A DNA stretch of 64,000 bases from Chlorokybus atmophyticus (GCA_009103225.1 RHPI01003642.1:641116-705115); one strand, 5' to 3'; positions 51,845 to 63,448 are shown, counted from the stretch's first letter. Notes: a model not told the origin generated them from the sequence alone. Program-made: numbers and translations.

Positions 51845-54800
51845 ATGTCTGACCAAGAAGAGGGAGGTGAGAAGTACTTTACCGTCCCTGACTCGTCGTC
51901 ATCATACGAACCATCAAGTGATGACAAAGTGAGAGACTCGGACACGAGTGAGAGCTACAAGCTCACTGAGAGTGACAAGGAGGAAGCTGCGCAGGATAGC
52001 GAAGCTTCTCCCAATCAATCTACTCAGAGTGGGCCAGCTACAATAGACACACAGTCTGTCATTGGTGGGGCTATTGAGAAGTATGCGCAAGAGCGCAAAG
52101 CCTTGATCGATGCTCACCCACAGCTTCGTCAGGAAGTGTGGGATGCATGGGCGCAGACGGTTCGTGATGGCTATGAGACAGACTTTGCCACACTCCCTCG
52201 TGCAAGCAAGGAGATGGTGATCCGCATGCTCGAGCATGAGCTGACGAACAACATCCCGCCACTCGTGCGAGGTGATCCAAAGGTGGCTGCTATCATGACC
52301 GTATATGATAAGCCTCTCCCTTACCAAGGCAAGCGAATGGCGTTTGAGGCTTTGGCCAACTTGGGAGTGGAAACCTCACAGCGTTGCAAGGACGTGTTCT
52401 GGTGGCGGGTGCTACTTCAGCAGCTGGTGCATCAGCGGGGCTGCCGGTTACAGCACTGAACAAGCCTGAGAAGTTCAAGCCCAACGGCAGTGTCAGCATC
52501 CATGATTGGGTGGTCACTGTTGAGCACTATTTGACAGCACTGAAGCGCCCAGTTGGTGAGCACATTGCTGTTGCTGAGTTGCTCATGCCATCTGACGCTC
52601 TCGCCGAGTGGGCGAGGCAGACAGAGGATGGTGCGGCTAAGACAGTGGAGGCACTATTCAAGTTCCTTGTGGAGCGCTATGGTGGCATGGATCAACATCG
52701 AAAAGTGGAAGAGTATGCTTGTGTGCTTGTACATGTGGAGTTCAACATGCTTACCGATGTGTTGCATGCATTGACTGAGTTGCAAAATAAGCACAGAACC
52801 TTGAGTATGGTGGTAATGGTGCCAAAGTATCATGGCCCATGGTTCAAACATACTCGCGGAGGGTCTGTGTTGAAGCAATTCAGCAAGCGTGAAACAGGGA
52901 CAGTACGGTTGTCAGCCATATTGATCAACCCTCGCATTGGTCACGGACTCTTGGCTACATTTCAAGGACGGGTGGTACCTCTGTTGTGGACATTTAGTGG
53001 CACAATGCAAGGTGTAAACAGTTCGTTCTTGATTGACACTGGTGCAACACACAACTTCATTGAGGAACAATGGGTTGTGCGCAACAAGATAGCGTGTAAA
53101 CCCTCAGCATTTTCAGCTGCCGGTGCGGGGGGGTGCGTTGCCAGTGAAAGGGGATATAAAAATGAAAGTAAAGATTGGTAATTATCATGCCACTCTTACT
53201 TTCATAGTGGTATCCATCAACATATCAGGTGTTGATGTGGTATTAGGACAGGAATGGCAGGAAAATGTCAAAATGACATTGGATACTGGCGCACGCTTGT
53301 GCACAGTACAGAAAGGTCGTAAGCGTGTAACATTGTCTGTGAAAGGGTCACATAGCTTGGACCACAAGCAGACCGACCCTGCGCTACTCACTGCACTGCA
53401 AGTGAAACGTGCGTTGCGCAAAAATACACCGGCGTTTCTGGTACACTTGACGTCGTCGGACGACTTTGTGCCGGGAAATATAGAAGGTGTTGCAGACATC
53501 ATTGAGGAATATCAAGATGTGTTCTCAGATGAGTTGTCAGGCTTACCTCCTGATCGAGGTGTCGGACACACATATCACTCATTCCTGATAGTGAGCCTCC
53601 GTTTCGGCCTATATATAGGCTGAGCCCCCGAGAGGGGGGGGAAAGGGAAACTCAAATCAAAGAGTTATTGGAAAAGGGATTGATTGAACCGAGTTCTTCA
53701 CCCTTTGGCGCGCCCATCTTGTTTGTGATGAAAAAGAATGGAAAGCTGCGCATGTGTGTGGATTATCGTGCTTTGAACAAGATCACGGCAAAGAATCGAT
53801 ACCCGCTGCCCCGGATTGATGATGTGTTTGATAAACTGTCGGGAAATGCGTACTTTAGTACGTTGGACTTAACAAGTGGGTATCATCAAATCCGGATTCA
53901 TCCTTCTGATGTTTACAAGACAGCATTCAGAACACCTTCGGGCCATTATCAATACAAAGTGTTACCTTTTGGATTGACTAATGCGCCCGCAGTGTTTCAG
54001 AAGGAAATGAATAAGATTTTTGGTGGCATACTTGGCAAGTATGTTATGGTTTACTTGGATGACATTATTGTCTTTAGTAAAACCAAGGAAGAGCATAAGC
54101 AGCACTTGAAAGCGGTGTTCGCCTTGCTGCGTACACATCGCTTGTTTGCCAATCTTGCGAAGTGTGACTTCTGCAAGACGGAGTTGCCATTCTTGGGGCA
54201 CATTGTGAGCGGTGCGGGTGTGAAACCTGACCCTCGCAAAGTGCAAGTTGTAAAGGATTGGCCTCAACCTAAGAATATCCATCAGCTGCGATCATTCTTG
54301 GGATTGGCAAACTACTTTCGCAAGTTTATGATGGGGTACTCCACAGTAGTGGTGCCTTTGACAAAACTGTTGCGAAAAGATGCTCCATTCTTATGGACAG
54401 CTGAACAAGAAGCTGCTATGCAACAGGTGAAGCTAACTTTGACTTCTGCTCCAGTGTTGGCATTGCCAAACTGGGACAAGCATTTCACTGTGGTTAGCGA
54501 TGCGTCCACCCTTGGGTGTGGTGCAGTACTGTTGCAAGATGGCAGACCATGTGCTTATGAGAGAAGGAAGTTCATCCCAGCAGAGGTGAATTACAATACC
54601 ACCGAGCAAGAGTTGCTTTGTATAGTACATGCTCTGGAAACATGGCGATGTTACTGGGAGGGGGTTCAGTTCACAGTGGTGACTGATCATAATCCATTGG
54701 TGTATGTCTCAACACAGCAAAACTTGTCACGAAGGCAAGCCCGCTGGAATGAGTTTCTGTCTCGGTTTACCTTTGAGTGGGTATACCGGCCAGGCAGAAC

Positions 54801-56328
54801 CAATGTTGCTGATCCTCTGAGTCGTTGTCCATCATTGTTGGCAGCTATGCGTGCGCAATTGCTTGCGACGCGCGGTACATTGCCACCAAATGATGAGTTT
54901 GTGCAAGTTGTTGTGCAAGGGTATGCTTTTGACCCATGGTTCTCGTCAGAGGACAACGTGCAAAAGCTGAGCAAACGAGACAACTTATAATATGTGGGCA
55001 CCAGCTTGGTAATACCTGACCATGCTGGATTGCGTGCGAAATGCATAGCTGATGTACACGATCCACCGTACGCTGGGCACTTTGGCAGTCGCAAGATTGT
55101 TAAAGCAGTGCAACAGTTGTATTGGTGGCCATCGTTGCCTGTTGACGTAAAACGGTATGTGGACACGTGTGACAAATGTCAGCATGATAAGCCGTTACGT
55201 CAGAAACCCGCTGGTTTGCTGCGACCATTGCCTATTCCTGATGGCAAATGGGAAAGTGTGAGTATGGACTTAATTACTGAGCTCCCAGAGACAGCATTAG
55301 GTCACACTGCGGTTGCAGTTTTTGTGGATCGTTTAACAAAAATGGTCCACATTGTCCCTTGTCGCACGGAGATAGGCTCCCGTGAGTTGGCGATGGTTTT
55401 TGTCGCGTCTGTGTTCAAGTTGCATGGCTTGCCCCGCAACTTTGTGTCAGATCGCGATCCGCGATTTGTGGCTCAGTTTTGGAAGTCGCTATGCAGCTTC
55501 TTACACATTCAGCAGAACATGAGCACTGCTTACCATCCACAGACGGATGGTCAGACAGAACGCGCCAATCAAGTGATTGAGGAAACCATCCGGCATTATG
55601 TGAGCCCGAATCAGAATGATTGGGATATTTATCTCCCAATGGCTGAGTTTGCGATCAATAATGCATGGCAAGAGAGTGTGCAGGAGACTCCGTTCTTCTT
55701 GAATTACGGAGTGCATCCACTGAGTCCTGCGAACATTAAGTTGCCCGCTACTGACGTGACTCGCGTACCTGCAGCGCGCGAGATGGCTTCGGCCATGCAG
55801 GATAGGTTAGCGTTGGCAAAAGACTGTCTGCGCGCAGCGCAAGACAGACAAAAAGCCCAAGCTGATGCGCATCGTAGAGAGGCCAACTACGATGTGGGCT
55901 GTTCGGTGCTTTTATGTACCAAAAACGTATCCATCAAGGGAGTGGGTACCCGCAAGTTTTTCCCTTGCTGGATAGGCCCTTTCAACATAACTGATCGGGT
56001 CGGCACTCACGCGTATCGGCTGGACTTGCCAAAGTCGATACGCATTCACAATGTGTTTCACGTGAGTGTACTGAAACCATACCGTTCTGACGGTCGGGTT
56101 CAACCTCCTCCACCCCCCGTTGCAGTGGATGGCGACGATACCTTCGAGTATGAGGTGGAAGCAATCCTGAGTCACCGTAAGCCTCGACGCGGACGCGCGC
56201 CGTCTTACTTGGTGAAATGGAAAGGGTATGGTGTTGAGCACAATACGTGGGAGCCCGAAAGGAATCTTACCAACTGCCAAGAGATTCTTCGGGGGTACTG
56301 GAATGCTGTGTCCACACGAGGACGGTAA
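51845..56328 (+). pseudogene. gag-pol of element B: frameshifts near 52.4, 53.15 and 53.6 kb, premature TAA at 54988, internal gag deletion
   Basis: ORF-track pieces 51815-52459, 52384-53181 (FLIDTGA), 53123-53623, 53668-54990 (RT/RNase H, YLDD) and 54994-56328 (integrase + chromodomain EYEVEAILSHR..YLVKWKGYGVEHNTWEP). Confidence 0.95.
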
Positions 56329-56450
56329 AAGGGTGCTGGCAGACATCTTTACCGCTTCGGCCCTGGTTCTCTCACTGCTTTGGTTTTCGGTGATCATGTA
56401 GGGCTTTGCTAACCCTTCATTGAGGACATTGAAACCTAAGTGGGGGGGAA

Positions 56451-56789
56451 TGTAACGGAGTGCTACCTCTATAGAGGTTCCCCGCCCTTATTTAGGATTA
56501 AATAAGGGTCCCAACGGGTATATACAGCCAATTAAGCCGTATTAGGGCCGTTAACCTAGTGTTAAGGCCCTGATGTAGTGTTACTTAACTGTAACACTGA
56601 TATCGACATGCGACATGAGTCTCATGTCGATATCAGCTGTATGGCGGCACTGCTAACGCAGCAGCCGCCATAGCCAGGGGATCTTCTGCTTCGGCAGTTG
56701 CCCCTGGCGGCGGCGGTGTGGTCGGCGTGGCTGGTGGTGGTGTTGGGGTAGGGGATTAAAGGGAGGAGGTAGCACCCCCTCTCCTTACA
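56451..56789 (+). repeat. 3' LTR of element B
   Basis: Preceded by the PPT and followed by the TSD AACGC. Confidence 0.98.
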
Positions 56790-59700
56790 AACGCTCTGAC
56801 AGTGGTCCACCTGTTTAGGCGCTTGCTCGACCTGCCGAGTTTGTTCCCAACAAACAAGCGGCAATTTTCGACTGGCTCGTGAAGCTGAGACACTATGTTC
56901 ACTCCCTTCACATTTCTGAGGAGGGAAGTTGCGTTCGCTGAGTTGCTGATCCCAAACGATGCTCTGGCAGAGTGGTACCGCCGTAAGCAACGGGACACGA
57001 ACCTCGGGCGGGAACTAAACAGTTGTGCTCTTTCATCGAGCAGCGCTATGGTGGCGCAGATCCTGCCCAGGTTGCTCGCAACCAGCTGCACAATCTGCGT
57101 CAGAACGGGCGTCCGGTTCAGCAGTATATCTAGAATTTTTAGTCGTTTGTCAGCAAGATCAATGCTGGCAACTACCCATCAGTGATGCTGATCAGCTAGA
57201 TATGTTCAGGCGTGGCTTGAACACAGATCTCGTGCAGCATGTAGCCGTCAACCCCACGAGTTTGCAAGAGTGGGCCTTGACGGATCCATCAATGCTGATG
57301 CAGATGGTTGTTGCTGTGGACAGTGTGAAGCGCTCTCACGCAAACATGCAAACCACAGCAAAAGAGGCAGCCCCGGTTTTAGCTGCAAAGCGCCCGGCCA
57401 CTGACAACAAACCTTTTGTGAAAATGGCGAAAACATCTCAGCCTGTTGGCCCCTACAACGCGGCCAAATCCACCATCACTTGCAACTTCTGCAAGAAGAC
57501 AGGTCATGGGGAGGCCAAGTGCTATGCAAAGCAGAATGCATAGAAGGCCAAGCAGCAAAAGGACAAGAAATAGGAATTGTCCGTGGTTGGTAGCTTAGTC
57601 GAGCAGAACGACTTAAAAAACTCCATACTTCGTGGTAAAGTTTCCTCTCTTTGTGATGTATTAGATGTATGGACTGATATGAGCACACCACCTGTGTTGA
57701 CACATGCAAACGGTTGTGTTTTAATCAATGTTCCATTCTCTGAATTGGTAACTGCTGTTAAGCACTTACACGAGTTGCAATTACAACATGCTGTCACTGC
57801 ATGTGTAGTTATCCCTCAATATCATGGCCCGTGGTCGCAATTGTTGAAAGGGGGAGAAGTAATTATGCAACTCTCACGCAAAGATATAGGCACTTCACCG
57901 TTACAAGTGATTTTTATCAAGCCTGCTACCAATCACGGCACTCCGACATTAGCTACATTTGATGGTCACTCAATGCCACTCCAATGGAGATTTGAGAGTT
58001 AACTTATGGGTACACCAAGTACAGCATTGATTGATACTGGTGCAAACCATAACTTTGTTGAACATGCTTGTGTGAAACGTAATAACATACCTTTCACACC
58101 AGTCACGTCGTATGTACGTGCTGCTGGTTCCACCCTTAATGCAATTGGGGAGGTAAAGGGGCGTCTTTTTATTAACAACCACAAGACTCGACCAACGTTC
58201 ATCGTGGTGGATATAGGTATCCCCGGGGTGGATGTTGTTTTCGGTGAACAGTGGCACACCGAAGCAGGTTTGCAATTAAACTCTCGAACAAATACGTGCA
58301 CCTTTCGTCAGGGTAAACGTCAGGTGACGTTAATTGCACCTGCACTCGCACGTGTTGCTCGTGACAATGTTCCGTTCCTCTCTGCTATGCAACTGAAACG
58401 TTGCATGCGTAAACGTGAGGAAGTATATTTGATGCACTTACGACAGGTAGGGACACCTATAAAACAGACCGTATCTGACCCTGTGGTGCAATCACTTACG
58501 GAACAATACGCAGATGTATTTCAGGATGAACTCCTGGAGTTGCCTCCTGATCGAAACATACATCATACCATTCCGTTGGAAGAGGGGGCAAGCCACCTTG
58601 GCGGCCTATCTATAGGCTAAGTCCCTTTGAACATGCGGAAATGGAAAAATAGCTCAAAGAGTTATTGGACAAAGGTTTAATAACAAAGAGCATATCTCCT
58701 TTTGGTGCACCAATTTTGTTTGTGCTCAAAAAGAATGGCAAGCTACGCATGTGTATTGATTACCGTGCTTTGAACAAGGTAACTGTGAAAAACAGATACC
58801 CTTTGCCTCGGATTGATGATTTGTTTATAAGCCGGTCAGGTGCAACAGTGTTCAGCACACTTGATTTGACCAGTGGTTATCATCAAATCAAAATCCACCC
58901 GTCGCATATACAAAAAACTGCATTTCGCACCCCATTGGGACACTTTGAGTATAAAGTGTTACCATTTGGGTTAACAAATGCACCGGCTACATTTTAGACA
59001 GCAATGAACGCGGTATTTGGTGATGAATTGTACAAGTTTGTACTGGTATATCTTGACGACATTATTGTGTTCAGCAAAACCCGGGAGGACCACCACAAGC
59101 ATGTGGAATTGGTTCTAGCTAAGTTACGCGAACACAAATTCTATGCCAACCTGTCCAAATGCAACTTTGCAAAGGATGAACTACCATTTTTAGGGCATGT
59201 GATTGGCAAAGAAGGATTGAAACCAGATCCTCAAAAGGTGTGTGCGGTGAAGGATTGGCCACCACCCAAGGATGTACATCAGTTACGTGCTTTCTTGGGG
59301 TTAGCCAATTATTTCGCAAGTTCATGCGAGCATATTCTAGCATGGAAAATCCTTTAACATCTTTACTGAGAAAAGATGTTAAATTTGTGTGGACGGAGGC
59401 ACACGAGGTTGCTTTTACACCCATTAAAGATGCATTAACACAAGCCCCTATGTTAGCCTTCCCCGACCACACCAAGCCTTTTGTGGTGATCAGTGATGCT
59501 TCCACCATTGGGTGTGGGGCAGTCCTTCTACAGGATGACAGACCATGTGCATATGAAAGCAGAAAGTTCATTCCTACTGAACGTAACTACACAACCACTG
59601 AGCAGGAATTGCTTCGGGTGGTGCACGCGCTGCGCACATGGCGTTGCTATTTGAAAGGTGTGCAATTTTCAGTGATTACTGATCACAACCCGCTCACATT

Positions 59701-61445
59701 CTTTCATACGCAACAGAACCTGTCGAGGCGGCAAGCTAGGTGGAATGAATTCATTTCTCGTTTCACTTTCATTTGGCAATACCGTCCAGGTCGCACCAAT
59801 GTGGCGGATCCACTAAGTCGTAGCCTCGCTCTTTTGGCACTTACGCGCTTTCGAAGTCTGCGTAATGTGCAACAGCCTGAAGATCCTTTTTTAAAGGAAG
59901 TGTCCACAGGTTATAACTCAGATGGTTGGTTTAGCAGTCAAACCAACTTGCAACAGCTTACTGCTGTTAGCAATCTGTGGTATAAAGGGGAGCAATTGGC
60001 AATTCCCAACTCGGGCGACTTGCGTAAGCAATGCTTACATTCAGTGCATGACCCGCCGTATGCTGGGCATTTGGGGAAACACAAAACACTCAAAGCTGCG
60101 CAACAGTTATACTGGTGGCCGTTAATGTCAGCTGAAGTGGATCAATATGTTCGCACATGTGACGTGTGTCAACGTAATAAGCCACTACGACAATAACAAG
60201 CGGGATTGCTTAAACCATTGGTAATTCGAAAATAAAAGTGGGATAGTGTCAGTATGGATTTGATTACTGACCTACCTAAAACAGCAGCCAAATACACTGC
60301 TATTGTGGTTTTTGTCGACCGTTTGACAAAAATGGTGCATTTTGCCCTGTGTTGCACAATCGTGAGTGCACGGGACTTGGCACATTTATTTGTGTCCACG
60401 GTCTTTCGAGTTCACGGTATACCGCGTGAGCTTATCACAGATTGTGATCTTCGGTTTGTCTCCAAGTTTTGGAGAGAAGTCTGTGAATTGTTGGGGGTAA
60501 AACAAAGCATGTCGACTGCTTTCCACCCGCAAACGGACGGACAAACTGAGCTAGCAAATCAAATACTGGAAGGAATGCTTCGCCACTATGTGGCTCCTAT
60601 CCATGCTGATTGGGACAGGTACTTGCCAATGGCAGAGTTCGCTGCGAACAACGCGTGGCAGGAAAGTGTAAAGGAAACCCCATTTTTCATGAATTATGGG
60701 ATTCGCCCGAACACACCAGCGTCATTGCGTGTACCTCGCAATGCCCTGACGGTACCAGCGGCAAAGGAATTTGCCACTGATATGCAAGAAAATATGACTC
60801 GAGCCAAGCTATGTCTGTCAGAAGCACAGGACAGGCAAAAAGCTTATGCTGATACACATCGAAGAATGGCCACTTTCGATGTCGGCGATAAAGTTTTGCT
60901 TAATGCAAAGAACATAACCATCAAAGGTGCGGGTGCTCGCAAGTTGCTGCCCCGATGGTTAGGTCCCTTCTCTATCACTGATAGAGTTGGTACGCACGCT
61001 TATCAGCAATTGCCCCCAAGTGTGCGTATACACAACGTGTTCCATGTGAACTTGTTGAAACCTTACCGCTCAGACGGTAGAACACAGCCTCCACTACCGC
61101 CAGTTGAGGTGGACAGCGAGCTCGAATACGAGGTGGAAGTGATATTGAACCATAAGCTAAATAGTCGAGGACGCGCAACTCGCTATTTGGTGAAATGGAA
61201 AGGGTATGGCTCAGAACATAACAGTTGAGAGCCCGACAGGCATTTGACGCACTGCCGCAAGGTGCTTCGAGCTTAATGGGATTCAAGTCGTGTCCCATAA
61301 ACTGTGGGCTTGGTTTTATGACAGACTGGCAGTGCAGTTTCATTACCACCCTGTCATTTCCTGCTATCTCACTGGTCACAACTACTCAAAATCAAGCATG
61401 ATTAACTGAGTTCAACAAGACGTTGAAAACCTAAGTGGGGGGGAA

Positions 61446-61972
61446 TGTAACGGGAGCAATAATAATAGGGGTAATATTGCTACCTAAATAACACATTCTG
61501 TATGAATAAGTATCTAAATATGCTTGTTTATACCTCTTTTTTTACGGTTCCTCGCTTATTAAAGGCTATGATGCTTTATCATAGCTTAAATAAGTCCCAA
61601 TGGGTGTGAAACCGCTTATTCAAGCCTATTTGATGTCACATTTGATAAAATGTGATCACTATCTCGTTAGGTACCTTACGATATGTATGTTCCAATAGGT
61701 ACCTTATCGATAGGTACCTTATGTGAGCTGTGATTGGCTCACGCTTGATTTCCTAACTACCCTATCCGTAGGGTTGAAGTCTAGTTGTTGTTTAATTATC
61801 GAGAGGTATATATTTGATATACTCTTGATATAAAAGGTCACATCAAACTGATGTGGGGACTTTCAGTTCTCTGCTCTGTGGCGGCCACGCCGTTGAAAGG
61901 CTTGTCATAGGCGGTGTGGGTGTTGGGGTAGAGGATTGAAGAGGCATCACCGGCGACGGTGGTGCTGTTACA
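61446..61972 (+). repeat. 3' LTR of element A
   Basis: Preceded by AAACCTAAGTGGGGGGGAA and followed by ACCGT. Confidence 0.96.
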
Positions 61973-62605
61973 ACCGTGGCCACCGCCGCCGCTTTAAGAT
62001 CGCCTGTGCTTCTTGACTCACGAACTTTACAAGGACCCTGACAACTTCAGTGTCATATTGTGTCACGCGGTACCAAATACAACTTATTACAATCTTAAAC
62101 CCTTACCGCCTCTCCTCGGCGCAGCGCTTTTGCTACGATGACCATCATGGTTGTGATATTGGTATTTGAGCTTGCAACACAGGTTCGAATCTCGATGCGG
62201 ATGGGTGAGAAGGGCGACTGTGTTCCATGCATAGCTGCCACCATGCCCGATTGAGCCTAACACAACCTAGACGCACAACCAGTCCTGCCATGCGAGCGCC
62301 GCGTTTTCCTCAAGCTGGCGGGCCTTGAGCCACATGTCCCCACCCATTACCGCGGCCGCCGCTTTAAGATCGCCTTTGCCTGTGTTTCTTGACTCACAAA
62401 CTTTACACGGACCCTGACAACTTTAGTGTCATATGGTGTCACGCGGTACTAAACACACATAATTACAGTCTGAAACCCTTGACGCCTCTCCTCAGCGCAG
62501 CGCTTTTGCTACGATGACCATCATGGTGGTGACATTGGTATTTGAGCCTGCGACACAGGTTCGAATCTCGCTGCGGATGGGTGAGAAGGGCGACTGTGTT
62601 TCATG
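61973..62605. repeat. ~376-bp two-copy tandem duplication; the first copy is split by element A (its left part is at about 48818-48937)
   Basis: catgcatagctgccaccatgcccga..ccacatgtccccacc occurs at 48818 and again at about 62226; gccgccgctttaagatcgcc..caggttcgaatctcg..gggcgactgtgtt occurs twice, with GGTTCGAATC at 62182 and 62558. Confidence 0.92.
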
Positions 62606-62806
62606 GAACAAAAATTTGGATTGAACTCGCGGGTCGCTTCGCGTATCTGGCTGCGCGCTGAATTGCGTGGGTAGATACCTGGCCAGTACGAAATCCTGTT
62701 TGGATTGTACCTTCGTACACGGGGACGCGGCAGTGCGTCGCGGGCTAAAGCCGAGAGGAATGTCACGCCGCGCTTGATAATAAACCATAAAACCGTGACG
62801 CCTCTC

Positions 62807-62870
62807 CTCATGGACCATGAGTCATGGACCATGAGTCATGGTAGCCCTCATGGACCATGAGTCGTGGTAG
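62807..62870. repeat. Short tandem array of the self-complementary unit CTCATGG-A-CCATGAG (14-bp period)
   Basis: ctcatggaccatgagtcatggaccatgagtcatggtagccctcatggaccatgagtcgtggtagc, read directly. Confidence 0.9.
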
Positions 62871-63448
62871 CGACTTTTGCTACCATGGCCGAGATGGTTG
62901 TGATAGATTGCACACGGTTCGTGCAAAATTAAAATGAAGATACTACTACCCAGCAGCGTCAATGTTGATGTCAGACTGCAACATGTGAATGATTGGAAGG
63001 TATCTCTCATCTTATGATACATATGCATGGACAATTCGTCGTACAATATGCAGGAATGCAGAAGTACTGCTGCAACATGTGACATGTGATAACAACCTTT
63101 CCACACCACTAAGCAAGGCACACACAGCAATGCCCAAAGCAAACATGCCATAAAAGCCATGGGTCAACTTCATGGCAGCGCTGCTAACATGTCATGCATT
63201 CCTCAATCCCTGCATACTATATGTTGTACACCCAGCCCACTTCCCTCGTGCACCCCATTGCGCACAGTAGGCCGTCGGCATCCCCATGACATTGTGTGTC
63301 ATGAATTCTGACACTCCTCGCACAGCCTTCCTCCTTGCCGGATGTCCGATATGTTGTGTTCACCCCAGCTGGTATTTTACTCGCTATAACTCAGTGCTGT
63401 GAACTTGCACATTGTGAGATTTGAACTGTAGTCTGCGAGATGTAGACA

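Larger units (their letters stand above)
50730..56789 (+). mobile_element. Element B: younger Ty3/Gypsy chromovirus nested in element A in the same orientation
   Basis: 339-bp LTRs at 50730-51068 and 56451-56789 (6 mismatches by eye); perfect 5-bp TSD AACGC at 50725-50729 and 56790-56794; PBS TGGTATCGGAGC (initiator tRNA-Met type); PPT GGGGGGGAA at 56442-56450. Confidence 0.98.
50323..61228 (+). pseudogene. gag-pol of element A (pieces at 50323-50729 and 56795-61228), with multiple stops and frameshifts
   Basis: MIELLQR|SDSGPPV rejoins across the B insertion. Gag CNFCKKTGHGEAKC, the MTase-like segment and protease share one frame broken by in-frame stops. [25 protein letters not shown]; integrase HDPPYAGH..CDVC..SMD; chromodomain YEVEVIL..YLVKWKGY. 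Confidence 0.93.
48938..61972 (+). mobile_element. Element A: decayed Ty3/Gypsy chromovirus LTR retrotransposon, interrupted in gag by element B
   Basis: 527-bp LTRs TGTAAC..GTTACA at 48938-49464 and 61446-61972 (about 35-40 mismatches by eye); flanks ACCGC/ACCGT (TSD with one mismatch); PBS-like TGGTACCCAAGAGC; polypurine tract; gag with CX2CX4HX4C, then protease (LIDTGA), RT (YLDD), RNase H, integrase and chromodomain in Gypsy order. Confidence 0.96.

Noticed and set aside
52330-52460. Programmed -1 frameshift in gag of element B
   Set aside because: No X XXY YYZ slippery heptamer was seen in the overlap and it lies inside gag; more likely a decay indel.
54988-54993. Programmed stop-codon readthrough between RNase H and integrase in element B
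   Set aside because: The homologous position in element A is a sense codon (NLWYKG) and B has other disabling lesions, so this is a simple nonsense mutation.
57541-57573. Separate gag and pol ORFs divided by TAG codons in element A
   Set aside because: There are two TAGs in one frame within a Lys/Gln-rich linker and many other stops downstream; consistent with decay of a single gag-pol ORF, although readthrough cannot be fully excluded without the family consensus.
62140-62230. tRNA gene suggested by GGTTCGAATC
   Set aside because: No acceptor stem, D-arm or anticodon arm could be folded; kept only as a B-box-like motif within a repeat.
62807-62870. CRISPR-like array (palindromic repeats)
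   Set aside because: Units abut without unique spacers, there are only about 3 copies, the context is eukaryotic, and no cas genes are present.
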